DNA of 64,000 nt, taken from contig QPGO01000065.1 of assembly GCA_008632985.1 (NCBI GenBank), forward strand, positions 310,001-374,000, in the 5' to 3' direction. This document shows positions 35,199 through 48,500 of this stretch, one piece after another. The position numbers and the translations under genes are program-made. Position 1 is the stretch's first letter; each line of letters begins with the position of its first letter. A model generated the notes under the pieces. The model made no database searches, was not told where the DNA came from, and saw only the letters and a program-made list of their open reading frames with translations. This stretch comes from Psammoneis japonica. Taxonomy: Eukaryota.

Positions 35199-37112
35199 TT
35201 ACAACATCTCACTCTCCATTGCATCCTCCTCCTCTGCGTTCATGGGGTCATTGGTCTTCAATGTTTTGGCTCCAATGCCACGAAGCTTGCACATCCGTTC
35301 ATGTTTCCTCTGGCGTCGGATCTTTTCAATGGACTTCCGTTTCATTGTTTGAATGTTCTTTTTGACATTCTCATTGGACTTGGGAGGGGACCGCTTGAGC
35401 TGATGACGGGGTGTTGGTGCTTTCTTTCGTCGAAGCAACTCAAGAGCGAAAGGATTTGGTTTGCCGGGCTCGTGGAACTCAAGCTTTCTCCTTTTTCTTG
35501 GAGCTTCCTCAGCTTCAATGCAACGTTTCAATGACTTGCGCTCTTCATTCAAAGACGGCTTTTTGGCTTGCGATGAGCTTGTTCCAGGTTGGTCGTGGAG
35601 CGACGGAGTGCTTGTTTCAGGCTGTGTTTGGAGCGGCGGAATCCTGTTGCTTGCTGCGAGAAGTGTTTGGATCATCTCGGCAATCACTGCAATGCTTTCC
35701 ACGGTGCTTTTCTTGGCGGGCATTTTCATCACCAAGTCGTCGTTGCACTCACTCTCTTTGTCTGTGCCATTCAAGCAGGGAGTCGAGAATTCATAAAAAT
35801 TAGGATGATGGGCGCTGAAAATGCCACCGGCATCCCTCCAACAGTGGAGTTTGAAAAGGCTTCTGAAACAGCTCAACTTCTCCTCGTTCTCGACACGGGT
35901 GCGATGTTGTCGGCAAGCGACCTGGATCCTCATGACGGCGGCGACTTTCTTCTCGTGTTTGCAACTCTTCGCAATGAAGCTTTGGAAGGTGACCTGGACA
36001 GTTGCAGCAGCACCGTTCATCATGGCAACTCGCTGCAGGATGTTTCGGAAAGCGCAATGTTTTCGGCAAGCGACCTGGATCCTCACGACGGCGGCGAGTT
36101 TCTTGTCGTGGTTGCGGCGCTTGACAATGAAGCTTTGGAAGGCGACCTGAACAGTTGCAGCAGCAGTGTTCATCGTGGCAACACGTTGTAGGATGTTTCG
36201 AAAAGTGCGCTGGATTGTTTTGAGCGCGTTCACCTTTTCGTTGACCATGTTGAAGGCTGCAGGCACGGAATGGACAATCGTGGTTGACAAAACAGGCGAT
36301 GGAGCCTCGATGAGGGCAATCGGATGGGTGGCGTTCCGGCGGATTGGACGAGCTTGAGTGTTGAGCGTGAAGCTCGCATTGAATGGGAGGGAGGGCGTGC
36401 ACTTTTTCCGATTGAATGCAACGTTGCATCTTTGGTTGGGTGTTTCCACATTTGTGGCGAAGTCGCATGTTGACAGCTCGAGGATCGCCATCACATCGAT
36501 GGATGGACCCGAGGACGTGTTGCTGTGCTTGAGTAAAACATTCGCTTGAACGCCTGGAGCGAAAATACGAAGCTTCTTCTTGAGGTTGTCAATCACGACT
36601 TCTTCGAAATCGTCAGGACGCGAGTCGGAGGAGGAAGGCTTGAACACAAGCTCAACGAGAACCGAGTTTGTAGAACAAGAAATGGCAGCACCATGGATCA
36701 TGCCAGACACAGCAGCAACCATTTTCTGCGTGCAGGTGGGAAGGATTTCCGCAACGGCTTGCGCAGTGGCTTCGTTGGCGGCGGCAGGAAAAACGCAGAT
36801 TTTCTCAACACGAGTCTTGACCACAAAACGAGCAAGATTCTGAACGCAACATTTGAACCAAGGTGCGGTCAACCCAATGAAGAAGACAGTGTTGCCATTG
36901 GAGTGCGGAACAATCGAAAGAACTTCTTGAACAGTTGGGGCCAGATCAAGTTGAAACGTGCCGACTTGTTCATCGTCGAAAAGCTTCTTCGAAATCGACT
37001 TCAAAGCAACGAAAACCGAGAATGCGGCAATGTCAACATTGCCGATAAAAGCAACGCCACCGGCAAGGATGGTCGCAAAGAGAACAATAAAGATCATGAG
37101 GGAGAGCGACAT
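35199..37112 (-). CDS. 637-aa ORF with IQ-like calmodulin-binding repeats, hypermutated (probably a non-functional copy)
   Basis: ATG start, hydrophobic N-terminus, IQRTFR, VQVAFQSF, IQVACRKH, VQVTFQSF, IQVACRQHR; internal ~135-bp duplication; only 1 Tyr in 637 aa. Confidence 0.7.
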   Translation of the reverse strand: MSLSLMIFIVLFATILAGGVAFIGNVDIAAFSVFVALKSISKKLFDDEQVGTFQLDLAPTVQEVLSIVPHSNGNTVFFIGLTAPWFKCCVQNLARFVVKTRVEKICVFPAAANEATAQAVAEILPTCTQKMVAAVSGMIHGAAISCSTNSVLVELVFKPSSSDSRPDDFEEVVIDNLKKKLRIFAPGVQANVLLKHSNTSSGPSIDVMAILELSTCDFATNVETPNQRCNVAFNRKKCTPSLPFNASFTLNTQARPIRRNATHPIALIEAPSPVLSTTIVHSVPAAFNMVNEKVNALKTIQRTFRNILQRVATMNTAAATVQVAFQSFIVKRRNHDKKLAAVVRIQVACRKHCAFRNILQRVAMMNGAAATVQVTFQSFIAKSCKHEKKVAAVMRIQVACRQHRTRVENEEKLSCFRSLFKLHCWRDAGGIFSAHHPNFYEFSTPCLNGTDKESECNDDLVMKMPAKKSTVESIAVIAEMIQTLLAASNRIPPLQTQPETSTPSLHDQPGTSSSQAKKPSLNEERKSLKRCIEAEEAPRKRRKLEFHEPGKPNPFALELLRRKKAPTPRHQLKRSPPKSNENVKKNIQTMKRKSIEKIRRQRKHERMCKLRGIGAKTLKTNDPMNAEEEDAMESEML

Positions 37113-37635
37113 GGTTGATGCTTGATGATGACAAAAGACGAGTTGTCCGTTTTGTGAGATGGAGTGGGAAAGCGCAAAGCGTGGAAGATGATATGAGCAC
37201 TGGTGGCTACGTGGTTTCTACGTAGGTCCCAGAGATCACAAAACCGGGACACGTTTTTTTTCTGTTATATCGAAACCTGACCAAAACACCGTTTAGCATC
37301 CCTCGGCGCCAATGTCAACACCGTTTCGGAGACTCATGACGTGATCAACTGTTGCGATACCGACAGGTGATGATTTGTACTATTGGTGCTTCCTACGTGT
37401 TATCGTCTTACAACTTCTACTACCACAACAACTCAGGTCGAATGTTCTCGGTATCATTGCCCTACAAATAGCTACGTACTCTAGAGAGTACAACTCTTTC
37501 AAACTTTTGCTACCGGTATGCACAGTGCGCGCGGAGTGGGGATAGAGTCGTCGCGTCGTATCTGTGTCTCAATCAATATCTCCGGAAATGAGATTGGTAT
37601 GAAAGTCTTCTTTCTTGGCAACGTAGAAGATATAG

Positions 37636-39540
37636 TCTGGATCTCCATTGTCAGCTTTTCGCTTTGTTTTTGCAACCACTGGCGTTCCTTCTCAGCGTCA
37701 ATCAATCCCGAGAGCGGCAAATTCGCTTTAACGCCATCTTGGACTGCGATCTTAACAGACTCGCCAATCTCCATCGTTTCTTTGGCATCTTTACTTCCAG
37801 CTGCATGCACAGCTACCTTATCCGGGTCGAGCTTAGCAAGAGCAACAAGAGATTTGAGCTCTGTTTCAATGTCCTCAAGCAGATCTTCACTCGCGACTAC
37901 AGTCGCCCTGATTCGCTCCCCGACTTAACGTTGTACTCAGCCCTCGTGTTACGGATACTTCGAATAAGAGCCTGAAAACATTCGAAAGTTCTTACAGCTT
38001 CCATCCGAGGTCAATCCGCAAGTCTCAGTCACGTAAGGCATTTAGGGGTGTAGCAGACGCAAACTCGTGTCCAAAACACAGACAAGAACGCGTCGAGTGG
38101 CTTTAGCGTCCTCTTTTTTCGCCTGCTCCTGCTCCTTCGTAAAGGTGAGTCTTCGAAATTTCAACTTACCAGTCTGCATATTGATTCCACAAAAAACCCA
38201 TAGAATTGTAAAAACAATGAGCGGTGTCTCAGTTAGATAACAGCCATTTCCAGATTCGTTGTCTGTCTTTAGAAGCTCACCTTGCTTCCAGCAGCCACTA
38301 TCTGGTACCTCTCGATTTCATCCGTCACCAAAACCACAAGACGATGGCATGTCGTGATGATATAGCGTTCCGGTAGAGAAAGAGCATTGAATTCTTCTTC
38401 TGTCATCGGTCCATCTACACTCCGCTCAGATAAGTTCGATTCGCTCAAGTCTCTCAGAGCGCTGCCCTTTACAAACTTGCAACAATTCCAAAGCTTTTTG
38501 GCAAAATTACGATTGGCCTCGATCTTCTCCATGTTGAGTGGAATATGTTGTCCCGGCGTGACATCGCCACCCCGCGGGGCTCTGGGCTGCCATCGGTGGA
38601 AGGTATCGAACTCAGGTTGCTGAGGCAGGTATGGAGCTGGTAGTCATCAATCTTGTCCTCCTTACTGGCCACAGCTACTCCTGTCACCGCTTCCTATTGG
38701 GGGGCATCCAACAATCCAAAGAAATCGGTGATTTGGCAGGGTTTCTTGTTCTTGTCGTAGCAAGGACCACTGTCCGTCGGCTAGGACAGCGTCGCGGTCT
38801 CGACATGTCTTCGATCCCAGCTGAAGTGACGGTTCAGTCACACGACACCTACGTACTAGTACAACCACAGAAAGCAGCGATCGCGACGGCGTTGGATGCT
38901 AAGCTCATAACAGCGACCTGGGGGGTCGGGTTTGTGTCGTGTGTTTTTTTTCTCACGGATCCTCACGGATCCTCACGAATCCTCAGTCATCCTCATGGAA
39001 ATTTTGAAATTTTCAATGACTTTTCACGTACATTGTACGAAGGAATCGGAATTTAGAGAATGACTCTTTGCATTGACCGTTGATTTCTCGTACGTAGATT
39101 TATACCATGTGGATTCATGTGGATGACTGAGAAAATGACCGTTTTGTCAATTGAATGACTTTCTCTCGTACTTTATACGAAGCAAACGCAGTATATGAAA
39201 ATGACTTTTTGTAATTATGACCTTGCTCCGCCCTACTCAGTTCCGCTCGTAGATTTGTAGGAAGAGGATCCATGAGAATCCATGAGGAAAGTGTCAACTG
39301 ACAGCAAACGTAACAAAGAGCAATGACCCTTCTTCCCTCCTTTAAGTGTAGAAATGTCTTCCCTCCTCTATGTAGAAATGTCTCGACCGTTCCGTACAGT
39401 ACTTGTACAAACAGTGCCGTGGCTCATCTGAATAACGAAAGCGCTGTGCGTCCTGCGTCCAACATGCAGGCAGTGATTGTGTTTCGTTGGCAAGTTGCTG
39501 GTTTCCTTCTGGGCTTCTGAGTGTCCCATTCTCAGCACCC
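37636..39540 (-). repeat. Segmental duplication copy C, including ValRS fragment 37636-38562
   Basis: Direct copy of 21392-23160. Shares with copy A (inverted) the extension gtgcgtcctgcgtccaacatgcaggcagtga that is absent from B. Confidence 0.95.
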
Positions 39541-40139
39541 TCAGGAAACCCCACTCGAGACGAAACTCGATGTTAACAACTAAAACGGCGAGGTTAGGAA
39601 AGCACCTCGATGAAAAAGACAAGCCAAGAACCTTGGCGGGGCGCCAAGCAAACAACAGGCCCCTTGGTTAGGAAAGCACCAAGTTAAGAAAGCCCCGAGT
39701 TTTTCATGTTAATCGTAAAAAACATTGAACATGGCTGTAGTAAGAGCTGACGGGCTAATAACAACCTGCACGGGGCCCCCCAAGGGTACCACAGGCATCA
39801 GCACTCCTTCTTGTTGACGACCGTGCCGTTGTGAGGGAGCATGAGTCATCAGACCGCAAATCTGATGGTGACCAGCATTCAACATACCTTGGATAGTGCA
39901 ATAGAAAGACTAAATAAGACGATCTTTAGTTGCGTTTAACGTATTCCATGCGCATGTCGATGGACAGAGATGACGGTCGTAGGGCTTCTTGTAGCATGTG
40001 AGTGGGGGGGGGGGGTGAAATTTGGTGGCGGTGCAATGACGATCCGGATCGGAGTCGTGAAAGCAGGAATGGGGTGGACCGAGTCATTATTGGACGCCAT
40101 GAGTGGCAACAAGGGCGGTCTCAATGTTCCATCAACTTC

Positions 40140-40395
40140 GTCACTCTCACCATAACCTCGGCAATGAGTGACTTGAGACACTGCGCAACCGCGGGTCTTA
40201 CCATGTCGCGATTACTCTCAAAGAGCTCCGTGATTGTAGCAATGTACCAAGCATTGTTGGGAGCATTGCGTTCTACCACAGAACAGACTCTTTTGGCGAG
40301 TACCTTTCCGAGCACATAGTCCGTCCGAGAGTCTCTCTGTCAGGAATTCGACATTGACGGGATTGACAAGCTTGTACATCAAATCCATAATGGCC
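40140..40395 (-). pseudogene. AP-4 adaptor complex epsilon subunit fragment
   Basis: MDLMYKLVNPVNVEFLTERL, then frameshifted LAKRVCSVVERNAPNNAWYIATITELFE...DMVRPAVAQCLKSLIAE; matches the adaptin N-terminal trunk of AP4E1-type proteins. Confidence 0.7.
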
Positions 40396-42580
40396 ACCCC
40401 TGTGCGAATCTCTCGGATGTGCTCAAGTCTTCCGTTGTGCAAGTTGTACCAAGACATACAATGCAAAGTTACCTGGGTCTCTAACGTCCCCCCAAAAGAC
40501 ATTTCCTGTGCCAGAAGATATCATGTGTCCGATCGAATCTTCGGTCGAAGACAGGGTCTGCCGAATAAAGGCACAAGGATGTTTGCGTCGCCTTGTCCGG
40601 AGCGGAACAGACCGAGGACCAAGGAAGCTACCTTGAACAATCAGAACGGTAAAATGCAACAAATCCAAACAATTCAAATAGAACTGGAATTGAACCGTTC
40701 GCAGCAACGACACCTGTGATATCCCCGTGTCCCACCTCTCAGCCACAATTTGTTCGCCCCAGATCAATGACAACTGTAATCATAAAGATCTCGGGCGGAT
40801 TCCGGGGAAACGGTGGAAAGATCATGCGTTGACCAAAAGAAAGATAAAATTCCAAAGCATCGACTGGGAAGTCCAAATTTTGATTTTGGACCCTTGCTCT
40901 GCCAGAATCGAGGTGCAAGTCATGAACTGGGTCCAATGCTTGTTGTGGTCGCAATGAGTGACCTCGAAGCAACATCTCAAGATCCCAAATTTCCTTGCAT
41001 GCTCTGAAGACTGATCTAATGCAATCTTTCAATCAAAAGCATGTTTCCATCGGATGCTACAGGCCACAGATGCGTGCTGATCTTCGAACGGCCGGGAACC
41101 GGGAACTCCAGTGCGTCTGTTCGCGCACTCGAGCAAGATAGCCTCCAGTACAGTGTACAGTATGTTTGATGAGCCCCGGTGTTCCTTACAATCTCCTCAG
41201 CTTTCGCTTTGATCCGAGCGTCAAAGCATCCATCTGCATCGTAGAATTGCTTGATCTTGTTCATCTGCTTTTCACAAACGCCTCCATTTTGCTTTATTGA
41301 AGTGTCGGCAGGTTGATCGCACAAAAAAGCAAGAATAGAAGAATCTTGTCCAGCATCGCTTCTGGCAGTGTCAACAGAATAAAGGGAGTAGTTGACGTGG
41401 AGGCATCGGTATTCGGTATCCATACCGGGAGGAGTCGCCGTGCCCGTATCCATGCCAGCCGCGGGACGCATCTTCATGGTCGCATGATAATGGGAGCCCG
41501 TACTCCGAATATATCTGAAGGTGCCCAACTTTTCCTTTTCCTTCGATTTTTCTGCGTTCAAGGCAACATCATGAGAATGTCCGAATGTGTCATTAGTCTT
41601 GGTAGCCTGGAGAATGCGCAAAAGGTTGCACAACATACAAAAAAGGCTGCGGTAGAAGCAGCGGGGGCCGCGGCGGCGGATGGCAGGCGAGGACAAACCA
41701 GAAAGCGAAGAGGAACCGCAGGGCGAGTAAAGACCGCAGCACTATCCCGTGATATTTGTATCAATAAAGAAGACTTTTAATCTCGACATAGGAAATCGAA
41801 GCTCAAAAAAGTGTCGTGATACTGTAGAACATGGGTAGATGACACGCCGCGATATGCCAACTAGCTAGTAGTGGGGATAGCCTTCTTCGACCCTGGACAC
41901 GAGGTCGCGAGGAGGTTGCGACAAAGGTCTCCGACTTCAGTCTCACGATACGGCATGGCACCCATCTGATGTTACTTGCTTTGCTTGTTGATTGATTGGA
42001 TCTCTAGAGTAGAGACCATCTTGGCGGAGAACAGTAGCGGCACACAACATGGCTTGCACACGGTGGCAAGCGCACTCTCGACTTTACCCGTCTCCGACTT
42101 ACAATCATGACAGCAGGAGACTGCAAACTTCTAGAACACATCTCTCCTCTGCAGTAGAAGAGAATTCATGGCATGGAAAATTGTAGGAGCGTCGAAGCGC
42201 CGCTTCAGCGCATGACAATGCCAAGCGTCATGGCTGGTGTTGGTGTTGCGTCGCTTCGAAGCGTGCGAAAGCACAAGTGCGCGGAGCGGAGGCGGACGGG
42301 GGTCTGACGTTGGAGGGAGTTTTTTCGAAATCAAACTCACGTAGAAGTTTTCGTCTTTTTCGTACTGATCGTGACGTCAAGGATTTCTCCACCTGCCGGC
42401 CGGCTCGCCGCTGAGCTAGAGTACCACACACCCACGTCGGTTGCGCCGTACAAACAAGCCGAACATACACACGGCGCGGTCGTGTGTCGTGTTGCTTTTG
42501 ATTTCGCCGCGCGTGCTCCTCTTTTTCGTCGTGGTGTCAAAATACTGTACTCATTACACTCCGCCTCTCTCTCTTTCACC

Positions 42581-45500
42581 ATGGAGCCACCCGCTAAGAA
42601 AAGAAAGCGTTTATTCATCGACACGGATGGGCTGCGTGCGTTAATTCCAGCGTCGGAAATTCGTAGGCATATACAATCGGAAGCAGCCGCGGCATCCGCA
42701 CCGACTGTACCCAATGCACAAGCCACCAACAATGCTGCTGCTGCTGCTCGTGTTGCTTCAAATCAGAATACCAACGACGGCGGTACGATTCACCAAGAAC
42801 CGCAAAAACAGAAAGAAGATCTCGTCACCCTGATGGTTCCATCTGGCCGTCTCGGAATATCAGTACGCGTCGCGGATAATAATGATTCTTCTCTGATTGT
42901 ATCACGTGTGAACCCTTCGAGTGTGATGCATGGTAAATTGCACGAGGGAGATACTATTGTTTCGCTCCACGGCAGTGCTATACCCAAAGATGTATTTGAC
43001 GTGCACCGCCTGTTGCAATCGTCAATGCATAAGCCTGGTGAATGGACCGTATCAAGATCAACAAGGTCAAGTCAAAGTTCCGAGAGGAAGAATCAAAAAG
43101 AAGAAGAGACTGGTGCTACAGCCGCTGTTTCGACGACTACGACTAGTAATGCTTCTGTATCTACGACGCAGGCTGTCACAAATGTTCAATCGCAGCCTCC
43201 GCCCACTCCTCAAATACAAGCCCAATCGATCAGTACCACGGATCACGCGCCTCCTCAGCGGAGGGAGTCGATTTCGACGCAGATTGATTTCTTGCTGGAA
43301 AACGCGCCCACCGCCACCAACAACGATACGTTGAATAGATCACCGCAGCAAGAAGACCATATTAACGACACTGCCATGGAGGACACGCAAGAGGAAGGTA
43401 TCCTTGGGGAACATATTGCTGATAAAGAACAAGAAGTTCAAGAAACGGGTTCTTTTTCGCAAGAGACGACTGCAAGCATTCCGGTTCCACCGACCGCATC
43501 AAGTGAAACAAGTGTCGATGGAACACAAGACGAGTACGAACTATCTCACCAAGACTCGCAGTATCGGGAAGTGAGCGAGCCAATTCAAGAAGGCAGGACG
43601 GAAATGTCTGTTTCTCCAACTCCATCATCGCAACGTCCGAGTTTGATTCGTGATGATCCTGATTGGATTCTACTCAAGCAGCGTGTTGAAAACTCCATTA
43701 TCAAGGCTGAAGAAAAGTGGCTCATGGAAAAAATCGATCGAGACATTATCAAAGCCGAAGAACGGGATTTGATGGACAGGATTGATCAATACATTCTTGC
43801 AGCCGAACGGGCTCCTTCTCCACCGCCACCGCCATTGCCACCCTATGTCGGAAGTAAAGTAATGGACTTGTGTACTTACCAAGAGGGTCAGCAACAGGAC
43901 TCGTCTACGGAGATTGATTTTGTTTGGACTACAACAAAGGTGACAGAAGCTGATCGCCACAAGAAAGCACGTGATACTAACGACTCGTTGGAGGTACTTC
44001 ACGATGGCAGGGGCGGGCGTGTCTTAGACCTGGAACACGAAGACATGGTCGTGGTCCAGGCTCACAAGATTTTGCCGCGATACATTCCAGGCACGGACAG
44101 GCTCTTGCTGCCGCACCATGCATTACAAACGGGGGTAGTGGATTGGTTGAACGCCCGCAAGCCGTCTTGGGGAGACAAGGTTGTTTTCCACATCAACGAT
44201 GCTCCTGGGGGAGACGAGGGGTCTATTTCACTGTATGTTCAAGCTCGACGACGTGTCGTAGAGCAGATCAAGGAACGAGTCAATATCATCATGAAGCAGA
44301 ATCTTCAAAACCATAATTTGGACTTGCTTGTGTCCGACTTGGACAATTTGGAAATTGAGCTGAAATGGAAGCTTGGCCCGGAGCTCTCTACAGTGTATGT
44401 TCCCGAGAGGTGTGCAGACGGATCGATTCGTGCGGAGGGGGTGGCCCTATCTAACAAGGAGGATGAGAATCTGGAACTTGTCGACATTCTAGGCGACGAC
44501 GCACTCGAGTCTCTTGCGGCTATTCTTCGGGTAGACAACCGGTCGGTAGCGACGCCAGAGCGTTTGCAAACACTACTGCAAGACGCCGTCAGACGAGAGG
44601 CGAAGTATGTCAAGTTGTCGCTCTGTTTGAGCAAACACGCCAGGTTGAAGCATCTCGATATAAGGGCACACTTGTGGCCCAATTCTTCTATTCAGAGGAG
44701 AGGCGACATTGATGTCTTTGCAACAGACTCTTCTTTCGAAGATGAGGACCTTGGCGTTGATGCGTGGCTCCATAATACAAGTGCGAGTAGCTTACCGTCA
44801 CTCAGCAGGGACAAGCAGCATTCTCCCGAACCGGAAAAGCTGTCGTCATACAATTCCTTTACGAAAAAGTATGATCAAGTCAAGGATATCGAGTATGGCG
44901 CTTCGAAAATCCACATTCAGTTCGTCAACAGGTACGCTCGTACTGCGTTGGTGGGGTGATGTACTCGGCAGCTTTGTATTGTCGAAATTCTGACGTTTTC
45001 GTCTGCAAACCTCTATCTTTCTCTTTTTAGTCGAATGTGGAAACAGCACAAGCGTTTAGGCTTTGGTACCAGCTGTAGTGACGAATGCCCGTGTGTGGAA
45101 CGGCTGGCGTCCTTGACAGAGACCATCATTCCCGAATATCTGGCAGAACAAGAGAGCAAGCATGCTGCGGATAGGCAACCTCTGGATTTGAAGGCGGGGG
45201 ACTTTCTGGTGGGATTCACAAACAACTTCGCGCCACGGGTAAGTACAGCGTTAAGATTCAGTCGATTACTTGCAATGATTTGCAAACGACTCAAATTGGT
45301 TACCCGTTTGCAGTTCTTCCCGAAACTTCGTGAGGAGTATCCCCAAGAGAGCCATGCACAGATCCTTCGCCGTTTGGAAAATATGTGGGCCGTGCATAAG
45401 CGAAATCGCAAGTACGGTCTGGTCTGCAAAATGTCTTGCAGCTGCAGGGAAGGTTGGGATCGCGTTTTCAACAAGGGGGAACAGTCGACACACGAAGTGG

Positions 45501-48500
45501 AAATTCAAGAATCCACTGAGAAGCAAGAGGGCGAAGGCAGCAATGCCGCAACTTCGATTCCAAGAATTCAAAGGAAATCGTCTGTGGAAATGACTCCCAC
45601 CCCTGCTTTGCAATACAAAAAAAGACCCCCTATTTCCGACGCTCCCCAGCGGTCACTGAACAAGGTTACACAGGAGAGTGGCCTTGTCGTTTCTGGGAAA
45701 ATGGAAAGGAACCCCAAGAGCTCCAAGGACACTACGTCTGCTAAAACCGCTTCTCATCAGAAAGAATACTCCGTGACGTTTGACCCACAAGAGCCCTTGG
45801 GTTTCTACTGCATTACTGAGAAGAAGGGATCAGAAGAAGTCTGTAAGATAACCTCGGTGAATCCTCATAAGAAGGATGCGGATGTTCGACTTCGAACGGG
45901 TACCATTGCCGTGGCTGCTTCCATTCTGAAAGGATCGACAAAAGTCCCAAATCCCACTGAGATACGCTCGTCCTGGGACCTGAAGGGAATTTACGACGAT
46001 GCACGAGACCTGCATGGTGCAAAGCTGCATATCTCGTTCATCAATTCCGACGTGAAGGCTTCGGCTTATTCCTCGACAAGGTTCAACAAGGACTGGAAGA
46101 TAAACGGGGTTTGGCAAGGTAAAGCGGGGACAAAGGGTTGGCCAGGTGGGGCTTTGACGAAAAGAGCTGCAGAACCAAAAACAAGGAGCAGTTCGCCAAT
46201 AGGGGGCGAGATCAAACCCATCGCCTCTGGCATCCTGGATTCGAGAACTGAGTCGGACAAACAGGCCGACACTGCACCTCTAGCTACCGAAGTGGTCCGC
46301 CTCCGAAGCAGGCCGTTGCCGTCGAAGGATCTAAGTCCAGGCCCATCGCTTTTACGTGCATCAAGGTTGGGAAGACAAGCTAGTGAAAGAACTCGTATTA
46401 CGGGCACTTCGCTGACGGTGCAGGTAGGGGCTGTATCCCGGAGTTCAAGGAACGTGCGTTTTGTTGACAATTCGGAATTCGAGATTATGTTGTATCAGAC
46501 AGGCAGCAATAGCACGGACTTCTTGGCGACAACAGCGGAAGCGTCTTCACTAGATGTGTTACGTAAAATCGTCCCCGAAGCAAGTATAAATCAAGAGCAC
46601 CAAGATTTGCACGAAGGAGAGCTCATGCAAGCCGCTGGTGAGCAGAGCTATGACGAAGTCGTTAGGATTCTCTATGAAGGTGTCGCAAAAAGTGAAGTAG
46701 ATGAGGCAAAGAGGTTTGTAGGCAACCTGATATCGAGCCTTGAGAGCCGCGTAGGAACTCAGAGTCAAGAGGAGAAGCAGAAGCTTATCGATGCGCATTT
46801 GAAAATGAAAGCGTTGAAGATATTCCTGCAATCAAAACACGCTGTGGACAAGGCTCGAAACGCAAAGAAGGTTGTTCGTTACAACTTCCAGATTCAGAGA
46901 CTGGAAAATCTTCAGCTAACCGAAAAGGGACACAAGCATGGCTCTTCGAACGTGTTGACTTGTAGTACGAGCGTGATCAACGGTGGTCACCAAATAGATC
47001 TAAAGCCGGCAATGCCTCATGCACCTCTTTCGAGGACGATAGACTGGGTTTCAATGGGGGTAATCCCTACTTACGACGTCAGCTGCAACAAGTACTTGGA
47101 ATCCGACCGTCGTAAGGAAATTGCCATTGTGTTGAAAAAAGGCGATGGTCACTCAAGTGGAGCGGTTAGATTGGGTAGAATCGTTATTCCCGTCACAAGT
47201 ATCCCGGAAAGAGATTTCAATGAGGAAGGGGTATTGTCTTTCGATGTCGTGGGTAGTGAGCATCTTTCCGGTGGCCAGGCAAAGATCAAGTTCTCTCGCA
47301 AACTTGCAGATGAAAGTTACATCAAACAGAAGAAAATGGATATTAGGAGAGACATCTCGAAAGCGGTGGATTGGCTCGAACAGTTCTGCTCTGAAACGGA
47401 AGAAGACGACTCCGTGAAACACATGGTCGGTAACATCAAGGCATCAGATGGAACAGGGTTCTCTCTGCTGCATGCCGCAGTGTCTGTTGCAGATGCTAAC
47501 TTAGTGGAGAGGCTGCTGAAGCTCGGTGCGGACCCGAAAGCAAGGGGTGAATCTGGATCCGCTATATACATGGCATCGAATATGGAAAAAATTCTAAAGG
47601 TGCTTGTTCCCGGCAACGAAGACGAGACCAACGAAGCACAAATTGACGACGAAAGCGAAACCAGGATGGAGGACCTTACAGGGGGGGCGACTTCATCAGC
47701 CTTTAGCAGAATGGGTGACGCCGGTAGTCTGACGCACCATACTTTGGAAAATCAGCAGTCAGGCGAGCCAGAGAAAGAAAACATTCCCACTGAGGAGCAC
47801 ACAAACGACTCGGACTCTCGGAATGTTCGGGGTAACACGAGTGCCCTACCAGACTCAGGTGGAAAAGTCAGTCCTGTGCCGCCGCGGGTCGATGATTCGA
47901 AGGCTGCGCCAGCGCGTCCGGAGGCTTTGGCCGGTGATGATTCGTCGGTGAGTCCGCCAGCAGCTTCCGATCACAGCCACGACGCCAGTGATTGCCCAGC
48001 GCGATCGCCACATTCAGACGAGCTCCCTCTTCTTGCAGACAAAGATTGGATGGTGCCAAAGAAGAAGAAGAAGACATGCGTCTTTTTCAATCGGCCGCGT
48101 GGGTGCTGGCATGGACATGAATGTCGCAATCGACACGTCCGACCTCTTCTTGGTTCCTCTCTAGACCGCGAAGGAAACTCAATTTCCGGCAATCCAGCAT
48201 GCTTGGACCAGAAGGGAATTAGCATATTGCGAAGGAAAATGTCGAGAGGTCTGACGTGGATTTCGGCAGGTTATGAAGACCCAGGGGATAAAACGATTTA
48301 CTATGCCGAGGGTGGCGGGAGTTCCCGCCGGAGTCACCAAGATGTGTTTTGGTATCCAAACGAGGCAGATGCTACGGAAGCACTGGCAAGAGTAGTGACG
48401 GTATGGAATCGCCTGAATGGAACTGATGCTCTACATAAGAAACCATCAAACAGAGGGAGGATGGCTTCAGAATCGCAGGACTACTACGGGCCTGGAGTGT

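Larger units (their letters stand above)
31870..37190. other. TpA-depleted, CpG-retaining block
   Basis: Manual count: 4 TpA in 32161-33000 (CTAA, TTAA, TTAG, TTAC) while CpG is abundant. TpA returns abruptly at ~37191 (gatatgag...ctacgtggtttctacgtagg). Confidence 0.9.

Noticed and set aside
32100..37190. Alternative genetic code or horizontally acquired DNA to explain missing Tyr codons
   Set aside because: Depletion is frame- and strand-independent and affects copies of host sequence, so it is mutational, not translational or foreign.
41016..41696. 226-aa minus-strand ORF
   Set aside because: No ATG-anchored structure or recognisable domain; appears to be more fragment mosaic.
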